Assembly: GCA_963786955.1 (NCBI GenBank)
Contig: CAWBAT010000005.1
Span: forward strand, 544,001 to 608,000
DNA length: 64,000 nucleotides
Reading direction: 5' to 3'
DNA from: an uncultured Acidimicrobiia bacterium
Lineage (GTDB): Bacteria > Acidobacteriota > Terriglobia > Versatilivoradales > Versatilivoraceae
The position numbers and the translations under genes were made by a program. Within the stretch, counting starts at the first letter, position 1, and each line of letters begins with the position of its first letter. Positions 10,134 to 20,943 of this stretch are shown piece by piece. The notes under the pieces are model-generated. The model saw only the letters and a list, made by a program, of their open reading frames with translations, was not told where the DNA came from and did not search any database.

Positions 10134-11326
10134 TTAAGCATAACTCCCGCCGGCCGACTGATTCCTCTCACTCCGTTCCTTTGTGATCCGCTCCAGGTAG
10201 CCGCTTTGGCGAAACGCTTCAGCGGGTTTTCAGCCAGGCCTCTGGCCTTCCGCCACTCACGCAGATAAGGTCGCACGTCGGTCTGATAAGCTGACTTCAG
10301 GCATTCTTCAGCATCGATTAAAGAGCAGGAATCTTGATGCCGGCTCAACGTTGCGTGTTCGACCAGAGCGGCCTTAGCGTAGAGGTCTTGGGCCGTTCCG
10401 ACGGTTTGAATCATTTCTTCGATCTTGTTTTTCAAATTATGGCTTTGATCGATCATGTAAGCAATTTCCACTCCCTCTCCGGTCTCCCATTCAAAAAAAG
10501 CAATCTCATGAAAGATGCGGAAGATCTGATAAGGGTCGATTGAGCCAATGGTCAAATCATCATCTGCATAGCGGCGGTCGTTGAAATGGAATCCGCCTAA
10601 TATTTTCTCACTGAGCAACCAGGCAACGATTTGTTCTATATTCTGGGCCTGATAATGGTGTCCCGTATCCACCAGAACTTTGGCTTGTGGTCCGGCCGCT
10701 CGAGCCAATAACACCGCCATTCCCCAGTCAGCAATATCGGTGTGATAAAAGGCAGGCTCAAAAGGCTTATACTCAACCAGTAGACGTTGTTCCGAAGAAA
10801 GATGGGTGTGCGCCATCCTCAGCCCTTCTTCAAACCAGGTCTTGCGAAGGCGGATATTGGCGGTGCCCGGATAATTCGAACCGTCGCCAAACCATAAGGA
10901 CACGTCGCGACTTCGTACCTGCTTCCCAATTTCAATGCTCTCCAAGAGATGATCGAGCGCTGCTTGGCGTACCATGGCATCTGGATTTCCCAATGATCCG
11001 TATTTGTAGATTTGATCTTGGAATACATTCGGGTTGATCGCTCCGATTCTGACCCCGTATTTTCTGGCCAGAGCTTGGGCTTGCGGGATGCTCTTGAGAC
11101 CATCCGGAAAATCCCAGAGCACATGGACCGCTACCGAGGGACAACACCCCGTGAAGGAATGCACCTGGCCGGCATCACTGAGCTTTTCATCGATCGAGCT
11201 GGCCGCCGCTGCCTGGATGAATTTTCCAAAGCGTGTCCCTGTATTCGCAAATCCCCAGGATGGGATTTCAATGCAAAAAGCGTCCAGTGCCTTGAAAACT
11301 TTCTGAGCGTCTGAATTGGCAGACAT
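10134..11326 (-). CDS. rhaI: L-rhamnose isomerase (RhaI type); one base missing near 10220
   Basis: IEIPSWGF..GTRF, VEYKPFEP, LVDTGHH, FHFNDR.YADDDL, MIDQSHN. The native-looking C-terminus (EAFRQSGYLERI...SYA*) lies in a shifted frame ending at 10134. Confidence 0.85.
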
Positions 11327-11355
11327 GGTCCTTCCTCCTTTATACATTCCGCCCC

Positions 11356-11384
11356 AATTTACTGAGATGCAACAGGCACGTCAA
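11356..11384 (-). promoter_or_regulatory. Putative sigma70 promoter of the rhamnose operon
   Basis: TTGACG-17 bp-TAAATT on the minus strand, 30 bp upstream of the isomerase start. Confidence 0.55.
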
Positions 11385-11415
11385 GAAACGGGTTTTTTTA
11401 GTTACCGAATCGGTT

Positions 11416-11503
11416 GTAGGGAACGCTCGCCCCAGCGTTCCAGGTTGTAAAATTCAAACAGTTTCGGCACTCAACGAGGAACGGAACAGATTCCGTTCCC
11501 TAC
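11416..11503. repeat. GTAG-type REP pair
   Basis: GTAGGGAACGCT...AGCGTTCC and GGAACGGAA...TTCCGTTCCCTAC; same ends at ~40322 and ~44500. Confidence 0.7.
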
Positions 11504-11557
11504 AGAGTTCCCAATTGGTTCACACTATCGGTGGAAAAAATTTGTGAGAATTGCCAT

Positions 11558-13138
11558 TCATCTGTTCTTTGGCTCAACTTCTTTCTCCTTTTGAATTCGG
11601 ACCACGAGATCCTGCTCAAAAGCAGGCAATGAGATCTGAATACGACCTTGGCTCTCCATTCGCTGGACCGGTGAATACAAGCCTGATACAGGCGAATAGA
11701 GACGGATACTATAGAGACCCGCAGGGAGTGGGAGGCGCAAGGAGGTCACGACTGGCTGCCCGGCTTGATCCTCGGCGAGTTCTCTTCCGTCCGCCAGGTA
11801 AATCAATTTCTCGTCATTCGGGAGTTCGAGAACCGATTCGACGAGGTCTTTGGATTCAACCTCCAACCCGTTACGGAGTGGTTTTGAGTGAATAAAATCG
11901 ACGCTCTCGAAAAAAGTGGAGAGATGCTTCATCCAAGTGCGAATCTTCTGCTGAGAATCTTCCGTCCCCGACTCTTGGCCTGCGGTGATCGAAAAGTCGA
12001 TATAATCATAGTGAGCTGCGCTAAAAAGCACCGTCCAGGCGCGTTTGCGATGGATGATCCAACCCTCATTGTCGCGATACAGGCTGGCAGCGTTATCTTC
12101 ATCCATGACAACTGGCTTGTTGCGGGGGTACGTAGCCAGACAATAATCACGGAGATCTCTCAGTCTTAATTCCTTCGACATGAAGTTTCCCATTTGATAG
12201 GACCGCTGGTAAAACGTGTCCGGCAAGGGGTGCACGTTAACGCCGTTGAAAAATTCCATCACAAAGCTATCCTCGGTCATTTGATGGAATTGAGGCGTAT
12301 AGCTGAAGGCCTGGGTGCCAAAAATGAGGTGATGGTTCTGGAGTTTGGCCATTTCTTCTTGAATCACTTCGGCGAGGGCCGCCTGCCATTCATCCACGGC
12401 TTGGACAGGGCTGTGCCCTTCCACTCCGCCGCCAGGTTCATTGCAGATTTCGTAGTAGATATTGTCGTAACGGTTGGTTTCCCGGACGACCTTCCGTACA
12501 AACGCGACCTGCCGCTGAAAAAGTTCAGCGGATTTGGAGGTAGTGTACTCCTGCCACTCGATGGCGGGGAGTCCGTTCACGTTGTTTTCGGAGCGCAACG
12601 GATTTAATGCCCAGATGCGATCGGAATAGGTATTACTAAAAAGGGTTACCTCCACAAGGATTCCCAGTTCTGACGCGCGGCTGAGAAAACGGTGCAGCCG
12701 CTCAAAATACACCGGGTTCCATTGGTCCAGGTCAAACTTGGGTTCTCCATCCAAAGCCTTGCCCGGCCCGCTTCTTAAATAAGGTGAAACAAAGTCGGGC
12801 GATTCAGGTTTCAAGGGTGAGTTGGGGTTGCGGGCACTCTGGAGCTCTCGAAACAAAAGAAACAGCCGGGTGAGCGTCATTCGCTTGTCCGCGGCTTCTT
12901 CCAAATAACGTTCAAAATTAAAACGGGAGTTGATGACCGAACCGTAATGTTCGGTCGCGGTGATCAGGACCACAGGCTTCCCGCGGAAGAGAAAATACTT
13001 AGGATTCTCGGGATGGATCGTAAACGGAGGACTGGCAGGAGCAGATTTGAAATGAGCCGGGATGAAAGGCACCAGGAATAAAACGAGGAAAACGATCGCG
13101 AGACCGCAGCGACCATAGTTTTTTGCGAGACGGTTCAT
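11558..13138 (-). CDS. Secreted/anchored glycoside hydrolase-like protein (clan GH-A TIM barrel)
   Basis: N-terminal hydrophobic segment; HPENPKYFLFRGKP; YYEICNEP acid/base-like motif; start uncertain. Confidence 0.65.
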   Translation of the reverse strand: MNRLAKNYGRCGLAIVFLVLFLVPFIPAHFKSAPASPPFTIHPENPKYFLFRGKPVVLITATEHYGSVINSRFNFERYLEEAADKRMTLTRLFLLFRELQSARNPNSPLKPESPDFVSPYLRSGPGKALDGEPKFDLDQWNPVYFERLHRFLSRASELGILVEVTLFSNTYSDRIWALNPLRSENNVNGLPAIEWQEYTTSKSAELFQRQVAFVRKVVRETNRYDNIYYEICNEPGGGVEGHSPVQAVDEWQAALAEVIQEEMAKLQNHHLIFGTQAFSYTPQFHQMTEDSFVMEFFNGVNVHPLPDTFYQRSYQMGNFMSKELRLRDLRDYCLATYPRNKPVVMDEDNAASLYRDNEGWIIHRKRAWTVLFSAAHYDYIDFSITAGQESGTEDSQQKIRTWMKHLSTFFESVDFIHSKPLRNGLEVESKDLVESVLELPNDEKLIYLADGRELAEDQAGQPVVTSLRLPLPAGLYSIRLYSPVSGLYSPVQRMESQGRIQISLPAFEQDLVVRIQKEKEVEPKNR

Positions 13139-13185
13139 AGGCAGGATCAGCAAGAGGAGTGGGGGCACCACTCCGTCGGCACAGG

Positions 13186-14577
13186 CTACTCCTTGTGTGC
13201 ACTATCAAGATAGGCACTGGCAAATCCAAGCACAACCAGCGGCACGAAATGAACCAACAACCGACTAAAAGAAGTCTTCAAATGCCAGGCCACGTCATTG
13301 AAAGTAATAAAGTAGACGGATGTATAGAAGGAGAATGTCATAGCCGTTGCCAAGAAAATAAACTTTTGGTCACTCTGGAGGATTCTTTTGAAACGGAAGA
13401 GGAATAGTCCCAATGCGGCTAACCAGAGCAGGTTCCAGCTCTTGAGGTTAAAGAACTGGGCTTGGTAATGATAGAGAATCGTTTTCATTCTCATTACAGT
13501 TTCCCACTGAACCACACGTTCGACACTCAACTCATGGATGTAGTCGTTTTGGGCTTTCATCGACAAACGAAACACCAGCCAAGGCATCAGAACTGTAGAA
13601 AAAACTCCGATATAGATCAATACCTGCCTCCAGCCATGCGGACGGTCCACGGACCTTTCTCTATTGACCGCCCACACTAGGACAACCAGGTTCACCAGGC
13701 ATAGGACCATTCCTTCGCTTTTAGTAAGTCCCGCCATCCCGGTGAGCAGTGCCGACAACCCAAGAAACAAGTCGTTTTGTTGCCGGATCCACAAGAACAA
13801 ATAGAAAAATCCCGCCCCAAAGTAAGTGGCAATCAAGATGTCCGCATACGCGTTCGTAGCGCTAAACACAAAGTGGGGGATACTCACGAGGACAAATGCA
13901 AACGCCAGACCAGCGGTCCGATTGAGAGTCATTCTTCTCAGGCTGGCATAGAAGGCAGTGACGCAGGCAGTAAGAGAAAGCGGAAAAATCCATTTCACCG
14001 CGAAATCATTGACATGACCAAGCAAGAAATAAACGTAACTTTCAGCCAGAGGCAGGAGTAAGGGGTAATCCGCGTGTACTGTGGCATATTCACGATTGGT
14101 CAGAAAACTCAATGGGATCCCTTTGGCGAGGTAGATGGCCTTAGCCTTGAGGCCCCAGTTGGTCACCGCATCAAAATCTTCCATGGGCAAAAGCAAAGCT
14201 CTTGTGAAAGCAAAGCCAAGCTCCAACCCAATTCCCGTCAACAAGAGGATGTCAACTTTAGACCAGCGCTCTTTTAACCAGGGGCTCTGACTCTGGAGCT
14301 TGGCCTTTAAGTGTTTTTTCCTTCGGATATGAACTGCACTGAGAAAGATACTCGCACCCAGGAGTGGGGTCAGAAGCCACAAGGGACTGAACGGCTTCCC
14401 TAGCAACTGGAGAACCATCATCTCCCAGGCTACGATGCCCAGCCCAAATAGATAGGCAAGAGGCAATTTTTCGAGAACGGTTAAGACTCGTTGGCAATCT
14501 AAGACTTCAATGAAGCCCCATGCCAACACAGATGGAAAAATCAAAATGAGGAGTCCTAGCAGGTACTCAATCATCAT
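13186..14577 (-). CDS. Polytopic membrane protein, GT-C (ArnT/PMT-like) glycosyltransferase-like
   Basis: Many TM helices; D..W.LKAK, H.DYPLL.P, AYAD, TKSEG motifs. Confidence 0.6.
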   Translation of the reverse strand: MMIEYLLGLLILIFPSVLAWGFIEVLDCQRVLTVLEKLPLAYLFGLGIVAWEMMVLQLLGKPFSPLWLLTPLLGASIFLSAVHIRRKKHLKAKLQSQSPWLKERWSKVDILLLTGIGLELGFAFTRALLLPMEDFDAVTNWGLKAKAIYLAKGIPLSFLTNREYATVHADYPLLLPLAESYVYFLLGHVNDFAVKWIFPLSLTACVTAFYASLRRMTLNRTAGLAFAFVLVSIPHFVFSATNAYADILIATYFGAGFFYLFLWIRQQNDLFLGLSALLTGMAGLTKSEGMVLCLVNLVVLVWAVNRERSVDRPHGWRQVLIYIGVFSTVLMPWLVFRLSMKAQNDYIHELSVERVVQWETVMRMKTILYHYQAQFFNLKSWNLLWLAALGLFLFRFKRILQSDQKFIFLATAMTFSFYTSVYFITFNDVAWHLKTSFSRLLVHFVPLVVLGFASAYLDSAHKE

Positions 14578-14999
14578 GGTGTGCGTGATTGTACCTTTAG
14601 GATAAAGCTATCTTCGTCTAAGAAAGCAGAACGTGCAAAATGATCAGCCTGGAACTGAGGTTGTTTGTAAACCAGGAGGTATTCTGGCTCCCCACTCAAG
14701 AGACAGGGATAGAGATCATAGACGGATCGAGCAAAATCCAGGCTTAGAGATTCCAGTCCTACCAGGCGATAGCGAGACCCAGCCGGGAGTTGCGACTTGC
14801 AGAATTTCAGGAAGCGGTATAAATCTTTTCCATAAACCGCCTCTTGTCGTTCCTCAAAACTGAGGGGAAGAAGTCGAAGGTTTTGGGTGAACTCGGATTT
14901 CCCAATGAAGAAAGGCCTCACGCAGAAAAATCCCCAGATGCCAATCCAGAGAAAAAAGATCCATCGGAACTGATTCTGGGTGATCAATCGTTTCGCCAC
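14574..14999 (-). CDS. Hypothetical membrane-anchored protein
   Basis: N-terminal TM helix; 4-bp overlap with the downstream gene. Confidence 0.6.
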   Translation of the reverse strand: MAKRLITQNQFRWIFFLWIGIWGFFCVRPFFIGKSEFTQNLRLLPLSFEERQEAVYGKDLYRFLKFCKSQLPAGSRYRLVGLESLSLDFARSVYDLYPCLLSGEPEYLLVYKQPQFQADHFARSAFLDEDSFILKVQSRTP

Positions 15000-15061
15000 T
15001 ATGTGAGGGGCAAGAATCTCTCATTCAAAACCCATTCAGAGAAAACCCTTCCTGCCTGCCC

Positions 15062-17819
15062 TCATTCCTCCGAAAGTTGAAAAATGTAATGGCCTGATCC
15101 CATACCCACGACGAAAGAATTTGGAGTCTCTTTTGCCCCGGAGACCCCCGCCACACCTGGCAGATACTGTCCATTCTGCCAAAGGACTTTGCCACTCTCC
15201 CGGATCCAATACTTTTGAAGGTCCAGTTTGGGAATCACGATTTCTGCTTCACTGTTGACTGGGATTTGAACCTCGAGCGTGAAGGTCTTCTCAACTTGCG
15301 AGCGTTTCCAGGAGGATACGACCATGCCTCGGATCGTTTCGGTCGAACCCGCCACATAAGTCAGGTCACGGAAAACTTGCGGTTCTATTCGGATGGTCTT
15401 GTACCCTGCAGTATCCTTGCCCAGATTAATCCCCGCCAGCGTTCGATACAGATACAACCCCACACTTCCAAACATAGGGTGGTTGTGGGAGTTCATCGAC
15501 GGCCCGGTCTTATTCTGCCAGAGTTCCCAAAGCGTGGTCGCCCCATTCTTAATCATGTACCCCCAACTGGGATAGGTGGTCTGAGCCGCAAGATCATAAG
15601 CCAGGTCAGCGCGGTTGATGCGGGGCAATAACTCCATCAGGTACTTGATTCCGATGAACCCGGTGGTGACATGAGTGTCTTGTTTGTAGATGATGTCGCG
15701 AGTCAGGTTTTGCTGGACCGGCTCACGCTCCTTCTCAGGCACCAAGTCTAAATATAATGCGAGCGTGTTGGCAGTCTGCGTGCCATTGGCATAACTCCGG
15801 GTCTCCGGATTATAGAATTGTTTGTGGAAGGCCTCTTTAATCTGAGCCGCGCGTTGAGCATATGTTTCGGCGTCGGCGGTTTTCCCTAAAATCCGGGCGA
15901 TCTTGGCGACAAGGTCCGTGTCGTAGTAATAATAAAAGGTAGAGACCAAGCTTCCAGTGGTTTTCTCTACGGCCACCCAGTCCGCATAGTAGAAGTATTT
16001 CAAAATCCCGTCTTCGCTGGCGCCGTGCAGAAAATCGGCATACTTTTTCAACCCTTCATAGTTCTCTTCCAAAATTCGTTTGTCCCCATAGTTCTCCCAC
16101 AAGTACCAGCAAAGAAGCGGGTAAGCCGTACCCCAAGCCGGATCGGCTGGGCGCGATCCCCAAATATGAGGAACCGTGTCGGTTACTCTGCCCTGCTCAT
16201 CCTGAATGTCGTGGATATTCCGGACAAAATTCGTATAAAAAGCCGCCATGTCAAAATTCAGAATCGCCTCTTCCGCAGTCACCTGGGCATCACCCATCCA
16301 CCCTTGGCGTTCATCTCGTTGCGAACAGTCGGTGGGAATACTGTGCAGATTAGTTTTTTGGCCCCACGTGACGATCCGCTGAATCTGATTCAGAATCGGC
16401 TTGGAGCAGGAGAAACTGCCAATGGACCGGACCGCTGTATGCACGACTTTGCCGCGAACCGCTGTAATCGTCGGGACGCCCGGGAAACCGGTCAGCTCGA
16501 CGTAACGGAACCCGTGATAAGTAAAATGAGGCTGATAGACTTCTTCCCCTTCGCCCTTTAAAATATAGGAGTCCGTCGCCAAGGCCTTTCGCAGATTTTC
16601 GGTATTGAGTGTGCCATTCTCGTAGAGCAGTTCCGCATGCCGAATCCGGACTTGCGCCCCTCGAGGTCCCTGCACACGCAGTTCGATCCAGCCACTGAAA
16701 TTTTGTCCCATATCGAACACATAAACACCGGGTTGAGGGTTCGTCATCTCGAGTGGAATGATCGTGTCCACGACCTGGATGGCCGGCATGAGCTGTGCCG
16801 ACAGGATCCCCCCGGGGGCCTTGGCCTGCCCGGCAGCGACCCACTGGCTGTCATCAAAACCAGTCTTGTCCCAGCCGGGCAATTCACGGCGGGCATCATA
16901 AGTCTCGCCGTTGTAAATATTGTTAAATAGAATCGGCCCATCCATGCCCTTCCAGGACCCGTCACTCACGACACTGATCTGTTTGCCCCCTTCCATTTCT
17001 ATGTTCAATTGAAAACGGAAGATGCTGCAATTTTCGCACTTCCATCTGACCGGGTAACCATCGGCATAAGCTTGGTACCAACCCTGGCCTAACATCACTC
17101 CCAGAGCATTATTCCCCGGCTGGAGCAGTGAGGTCACATCATAAGTGCTATATAGGACTCTCTTGGGATACGTTGTCCAGCCTGGGTCCAGCACATGATC
17201 CCCAACCCGTCGGCCATTCATGTGGAGCTCGTAATAACCCAGCCCGGAGACGTAGGCGCGGGCACGCACAACCTTTCCAGAGCAGGGTAAATTCCTTTCG
17301 CAGCTGATTCTTTCCTTGGATCCATGAGCCTTTCCAATCATCCGGTGAAAACAATCCCGTATCAAAGCGGGTCCCCTGACTGTACGGGCTCGCCGTCCCT
17401 TTCGTGTCCCAGTAGCGGACCTTCCAGTAATACGTTTGGCCGCTCATCAGGGCTTTGCCTTGATACTCAACCTGGGAAGACTCATCAGACAAGATCTTTC
17501 CACTGTCCCATTGATCACCCGTTTGAGCTTCCGAAGACTTTGAAACGAGAACTTGATAAGCGGATTGCTTCTGTCCGCGTTCCATATGGTCCAAGGTCCA
17601 GGAAAAACGGGGTTGTTGGACATCAACGCCGAGGGGGTTGGTCAGATATTCACAGCGCAAGTTCGAAGGAGGCATGGGGCCACTCAAAGCTGTTTCTGCC
17701 TGAACACTTCGCGTTAGCTGCGCAGCCAGGAAGAGAGTCGATAGCCCGAGACAAACAATAGGCTTCCAATAAATCAACCGATATTGACTGAGAGATGAGA
17801 AGTTTCTGAAGAAATACAC
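15062..17819 (-). CDS. Alpha-L-rhamnosidase GH78, split by one extra base near 17282
   Basis: N-part LRCEYLTNPLG..PRFSW..LRKEFTL joins C-part SGKVVRARAYVSGLGYYE; DMGQNFSG, FTYHGFRY, IPTDCSQRDERQGWMGD, GATTLWE, SHNHPMFG. Confidence 0.88.
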
Positions 17820-17902
17820 GTGCCCCTCCTTGAGAAAAGATCAAAAGGTCGGAAGAAGAATCCAGCTGAGATCGGGGTCTCGCATTTCCATTTCCGGGAA
17901 AG

Positions 17903-18688
17903 TTAGTCTCTCCAAACATCCGGATTCAGCGGTTTCCCGAGGCCTTGCTGCATTTCAGTGATCCCACGGATGATCAATCCTGCATCAGCAGCCAGCCCAA
18001 TCATGCGAAACCCTTGTTCAATTCTCCTCTGCCCGTTTGCCAGGTCCGTGGCCATGATCCCGCAGGCATAGCCTCGCCCTAAGATCTTGTCTTTAACGCG
18101 AATAATCTCCTCGGCGATGCCCGGCCCTTCCCATTGGCCGGGATATCCGGCGGAGGCAGAATAGTCTGCAGGACCAAAGAAAAAGGCGTCTACTCCGGGA
18201 ACATCCATAATGGAGTCAATATTGCGTCCCGCTTCGAGCCGCTCAATTAAGGGGATGACAAGGGTGTTTTCATTTCCCGTAGCAGCAAAAGCGAGATTCT
18301 TCCCCCACGCCGTGGCTCTCTCGCCGCCTATTCCCCGGATTCCTCTGGGTGGGTATTTGGCGAAGCTGACTGCTAGCTCCACTTCTTCCGCCGTTCGAAT
18401 TTGAGGAATGATGATGCCATCAGCACCCAGATCCAGGATGCGTTTAATGACTCCTTGCTCAATCTCTTGAATTCTCACGAGTCCAATAGTCTCACTTCCC
18501 CGCAGCGCTCGGAGATGTTCCAAGACCTCTTTGTAATCCAAATGGCCATGCTCCGTGTCGATCACAACCCAGTCCAGTTTCATCCGGGCTGCAATTTCTG
18601 TGATCGTGGGGGACTCCAAAGTTACAAAGAGCCCTAGCTGCGCTTCGGAGGTTTTGAGCTTTTGTTTGAAGTTTGTCTTAGGGGACAT
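17903..18688 (-). CDS. HpcH/HpaI family aldolase
   Basis: DWVVIDTEHG, LDLGADG, YPPRGIRG, FFGPADYS. Confidence 0.88.
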   Translation of the reverse strand: MSPKTNFKQKLKTSEAQLGLFVTLESPTITEIAARMKLDWVVIDTEHGHLDYKEVLEHLRALRGSETIGLVRIQEIEQGVIKRILDLGADGIIIPQIRTAEEVELAVSFAKYPPRGIRGIGGERATAWGKNLAFAATGNENTLVIPLIERLEAGRNIDSIMDVPGVDAFFFGPADYSASAGYPGQWEGPGIAEEIIRVKDKILGRGYACGIMATDLANGQRRIEQGFRMIGLAADAGLIIRGITEMQQGLGKPLNPDVWRD

Positions 18689-19075
18689 AAGGGATCAATC
18701 CTTTGTCTCTTTCCTGAGTTCCGTTGAACAAGTGCACACTATATGGAGAATCAAGACCCGCCGTCAACCCTAGAGACATTGAAGCAGCCACGGATTGACT
18801 CAAACGCCATAATTTGGTAGAAACACACATAGTAGGTTCCACTACAAGGAGAAATCGCTGCAGTTGCTGTGCCTGTAATCGCGTCAATCGCTATTTACGG
18901 GGACTGAGGGAGAACTTGGCGGCATCTCTAGATGGAACTCGCTTCAAACCATGCGTCCGAGATCAGAACCGGTGTCCAATGCTTGCTGTTTTTGAAGGCA
19001 AGCGAAGTGTAGGATGACTCTCACCGCGGATCTAGGGCCATGGAAGCAAACCCTCATTTCATGGAGAGAACTCTT

Positions 19076-20287
19076 ATGAAGCCAACGCAGACGAAGCTTA
19101 TCCTGGCGTTTTTCGGAATTGCGTTCTTAGTCACAATTGCTCTGGCACAGACGCAAACCCGTTCCGTTCTGGGAAAGATTGACTTCATCGTGCTATATGA
19201 CGCGGCCCCGGCCGTACCAGCATCGGCTGCGGAAGCAGGCAAGCGGGCCTACGGCGCCCACATTAACGAGCCGAGTCAACAGGTTGAACTCGAGGTGTTC
19301 TATGCTCCGTTCAACCAGAAGGTGGCGGCCGCGCGCGACGTGATCAAGGACGCCGTAGCGAACCGGGCGAAAAACCAAGAGGCGTTAACGCAGCGCTCTA
19401 TGGCGCAGGCGAATGCCAGTCCCCTCATCAGTAGAATGGGTGGAATAGAGAAAATGAGCCAGATGTCTGAGGAAGAGTTGAAGCAAGCCGCCGCCCAGGC
19501 GGCCGGAAGCTATACGCAGAGCCTCTCGGGCGCTCCCACCAACGCTCCTGGCGGCGGCATGCAGGCCATGATGCAGCGGCTGTTGAGTGATCCCGCCTAT
19601 CAGGCGCGCTTCGAAAAGATGAGCAAGGCAGAACAGGAAGCCGAGCTGCAAAAATACATGGGCACGGCACAGGCGCCGCCTCCACCGGTAGGAGAGACGG
19701 CAGCGGAGCGACAGGCGAAAAAAGGCGTCGTGGAAACCAAGGCGGCCATGGCCAGGCAGAAGGAGCTTAGTGCGATCATGCAGCGTTTGGGAGAAATTGA
19801 CATGGAAATTAGCAATAAGGATAAGGCGATCCTGGCTACGCCGGGTGGCTATGACGAGATTAATAAGGACGTCAGGGCCAGAATGGCAAAAGTGCCTATG
19901 ATCACGGGAGGTGAAGTGACTTTCCCAGATCCAGCCAAGATGCAACCATTACAGCGAGAGCTCGTTACCCGCGAGCGCGCCCGTGCAACCTGGGAACTCC
20001 AGCAAAGAACCTCGCTCTACGCCGAGCGTAAGGCCAAATACAAAGAGGTGGCCACTGCTTACGTGACCTGGCTCAGGCAAAACGTGGGAACAGTCAATAG
20101 CAATCAAACTGCCCAGCTGCTGGACGACGGCACTATGGAGATTGCCGTGATGTGTGAAGACGAGCTCATCAAAGCCGCGGAGAATTTGGGAAAGTACTCT
20201 TCTGAGATAACCTATCTTGCCGCTGTGTACGAAAGCTCCTACCAGAAAACTATGAGCGAGCCGTTGGTTAAATCGTTGTCTAAGTGA
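19076..20287 (+). CDS. Hypothetical secreted helical protein
   Basis: Long ORF, signal peptide (ALA-Q), Ala/Gln/Glu/Met-rich; no recognisable family. Confidence 0.7.
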   Translation: MKPTQTKLILAFFGIAFLVTIALAQTQTRSVLGKIDFIVLYDAAPAVPASAAEAGKRAYGAHINEPSQQVELEVFYAPFNQKVAAARDVIKDAVANRAKNQEALTQRSMAQANASPLISRMGGIEKMSQMSEEELKQAAAQAAGSYTQSLSGAPTNAPGGGMQAMMQRLLSDPAYQARFEKMSKAEQEAELQKYMGTAQAPPPPVGETAAERQAKKGVVETKAAMARQKELSAIMQRLGEIDMEISNKDKAILATPGGYDEINKDVRARMAKVPMITGGEVTFPDPAKMQPLQRELVTRERARATWELQQRTSLYAERKAKYKEVATAYVTWLRQNVGTVNSNQTAQLLDDGTMEIAVMCEDELIKAAENLGKYSSEITYLAAVYESSYQKTMSEPLVKSLSK

Positions 20288-20409
20288 ATGTGAATGCCTG
20301 GCTCTCAACCCAAGTGGCACCCTGGGGCTTGGTGAAGTCCTGCTGAAAGGCCGGATTAACGGTGTCTCGTGAATATCAGGCGCGTTCTCGGACACCCGAC
20401 CCTTGCGAC

Positions 20410-20684
20410 AGCGTCGATGACAGGCTTCCGGCATCCATAGGGACGAACCGCCGGAGCCGTGAATCTGCGGCCCACCCCCATGACGATCTTCATGGCTCCC
20501 CACTTTTGCATGCGGGCCGACCACAAAAGCTCACTCCCTCGGCAAGTACCGCCTCGGCCTTGCTCTGGTACGCCAGATTGCGCAGCATCACGGGGGAGTC
20601 GTACGCTGCCTCCAGCGAGAAGGCGGAGGAACTTCCTTTGAAGTAGAACTTAGAGGCAGCTCTGCCCACGTAGAAACCAGATAG
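20410..20684 (+). pseudogene. Remnant of a sensor histidine kinase HATPase C-terminus
   Basis: Frame from 20541 reads LGLALVRQIAQHHGGVVRCLQREGGGTSFEVEL; a broken VDD.(G).GI motif lies upstream; no start or HisKA domain. Confidence 0.6.
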
Positions 20685-20943
20685 ATCAGAATGATCGAGG
20701 CGTGTCGGCTCCCCCGGACCAGGAATCAGTATCATTTTAACCATGGAAGGATAAACCCATGAAGATGAGTCGGCTTGAAAAAATCTTCGTCAATTGACTC
20801 CCATTTGATTTTCACGCACCATACCCTCGTTTCAAGAAAGAGTCAGGCAACTTCGAATGCAGCCTAACTCCCTTTTGCAGAATTCCTTTTCATAAAACAA
20901 TTGTTGCGACTGGAAATGATTTCCGTTTGGAGAAGAAGACAAA

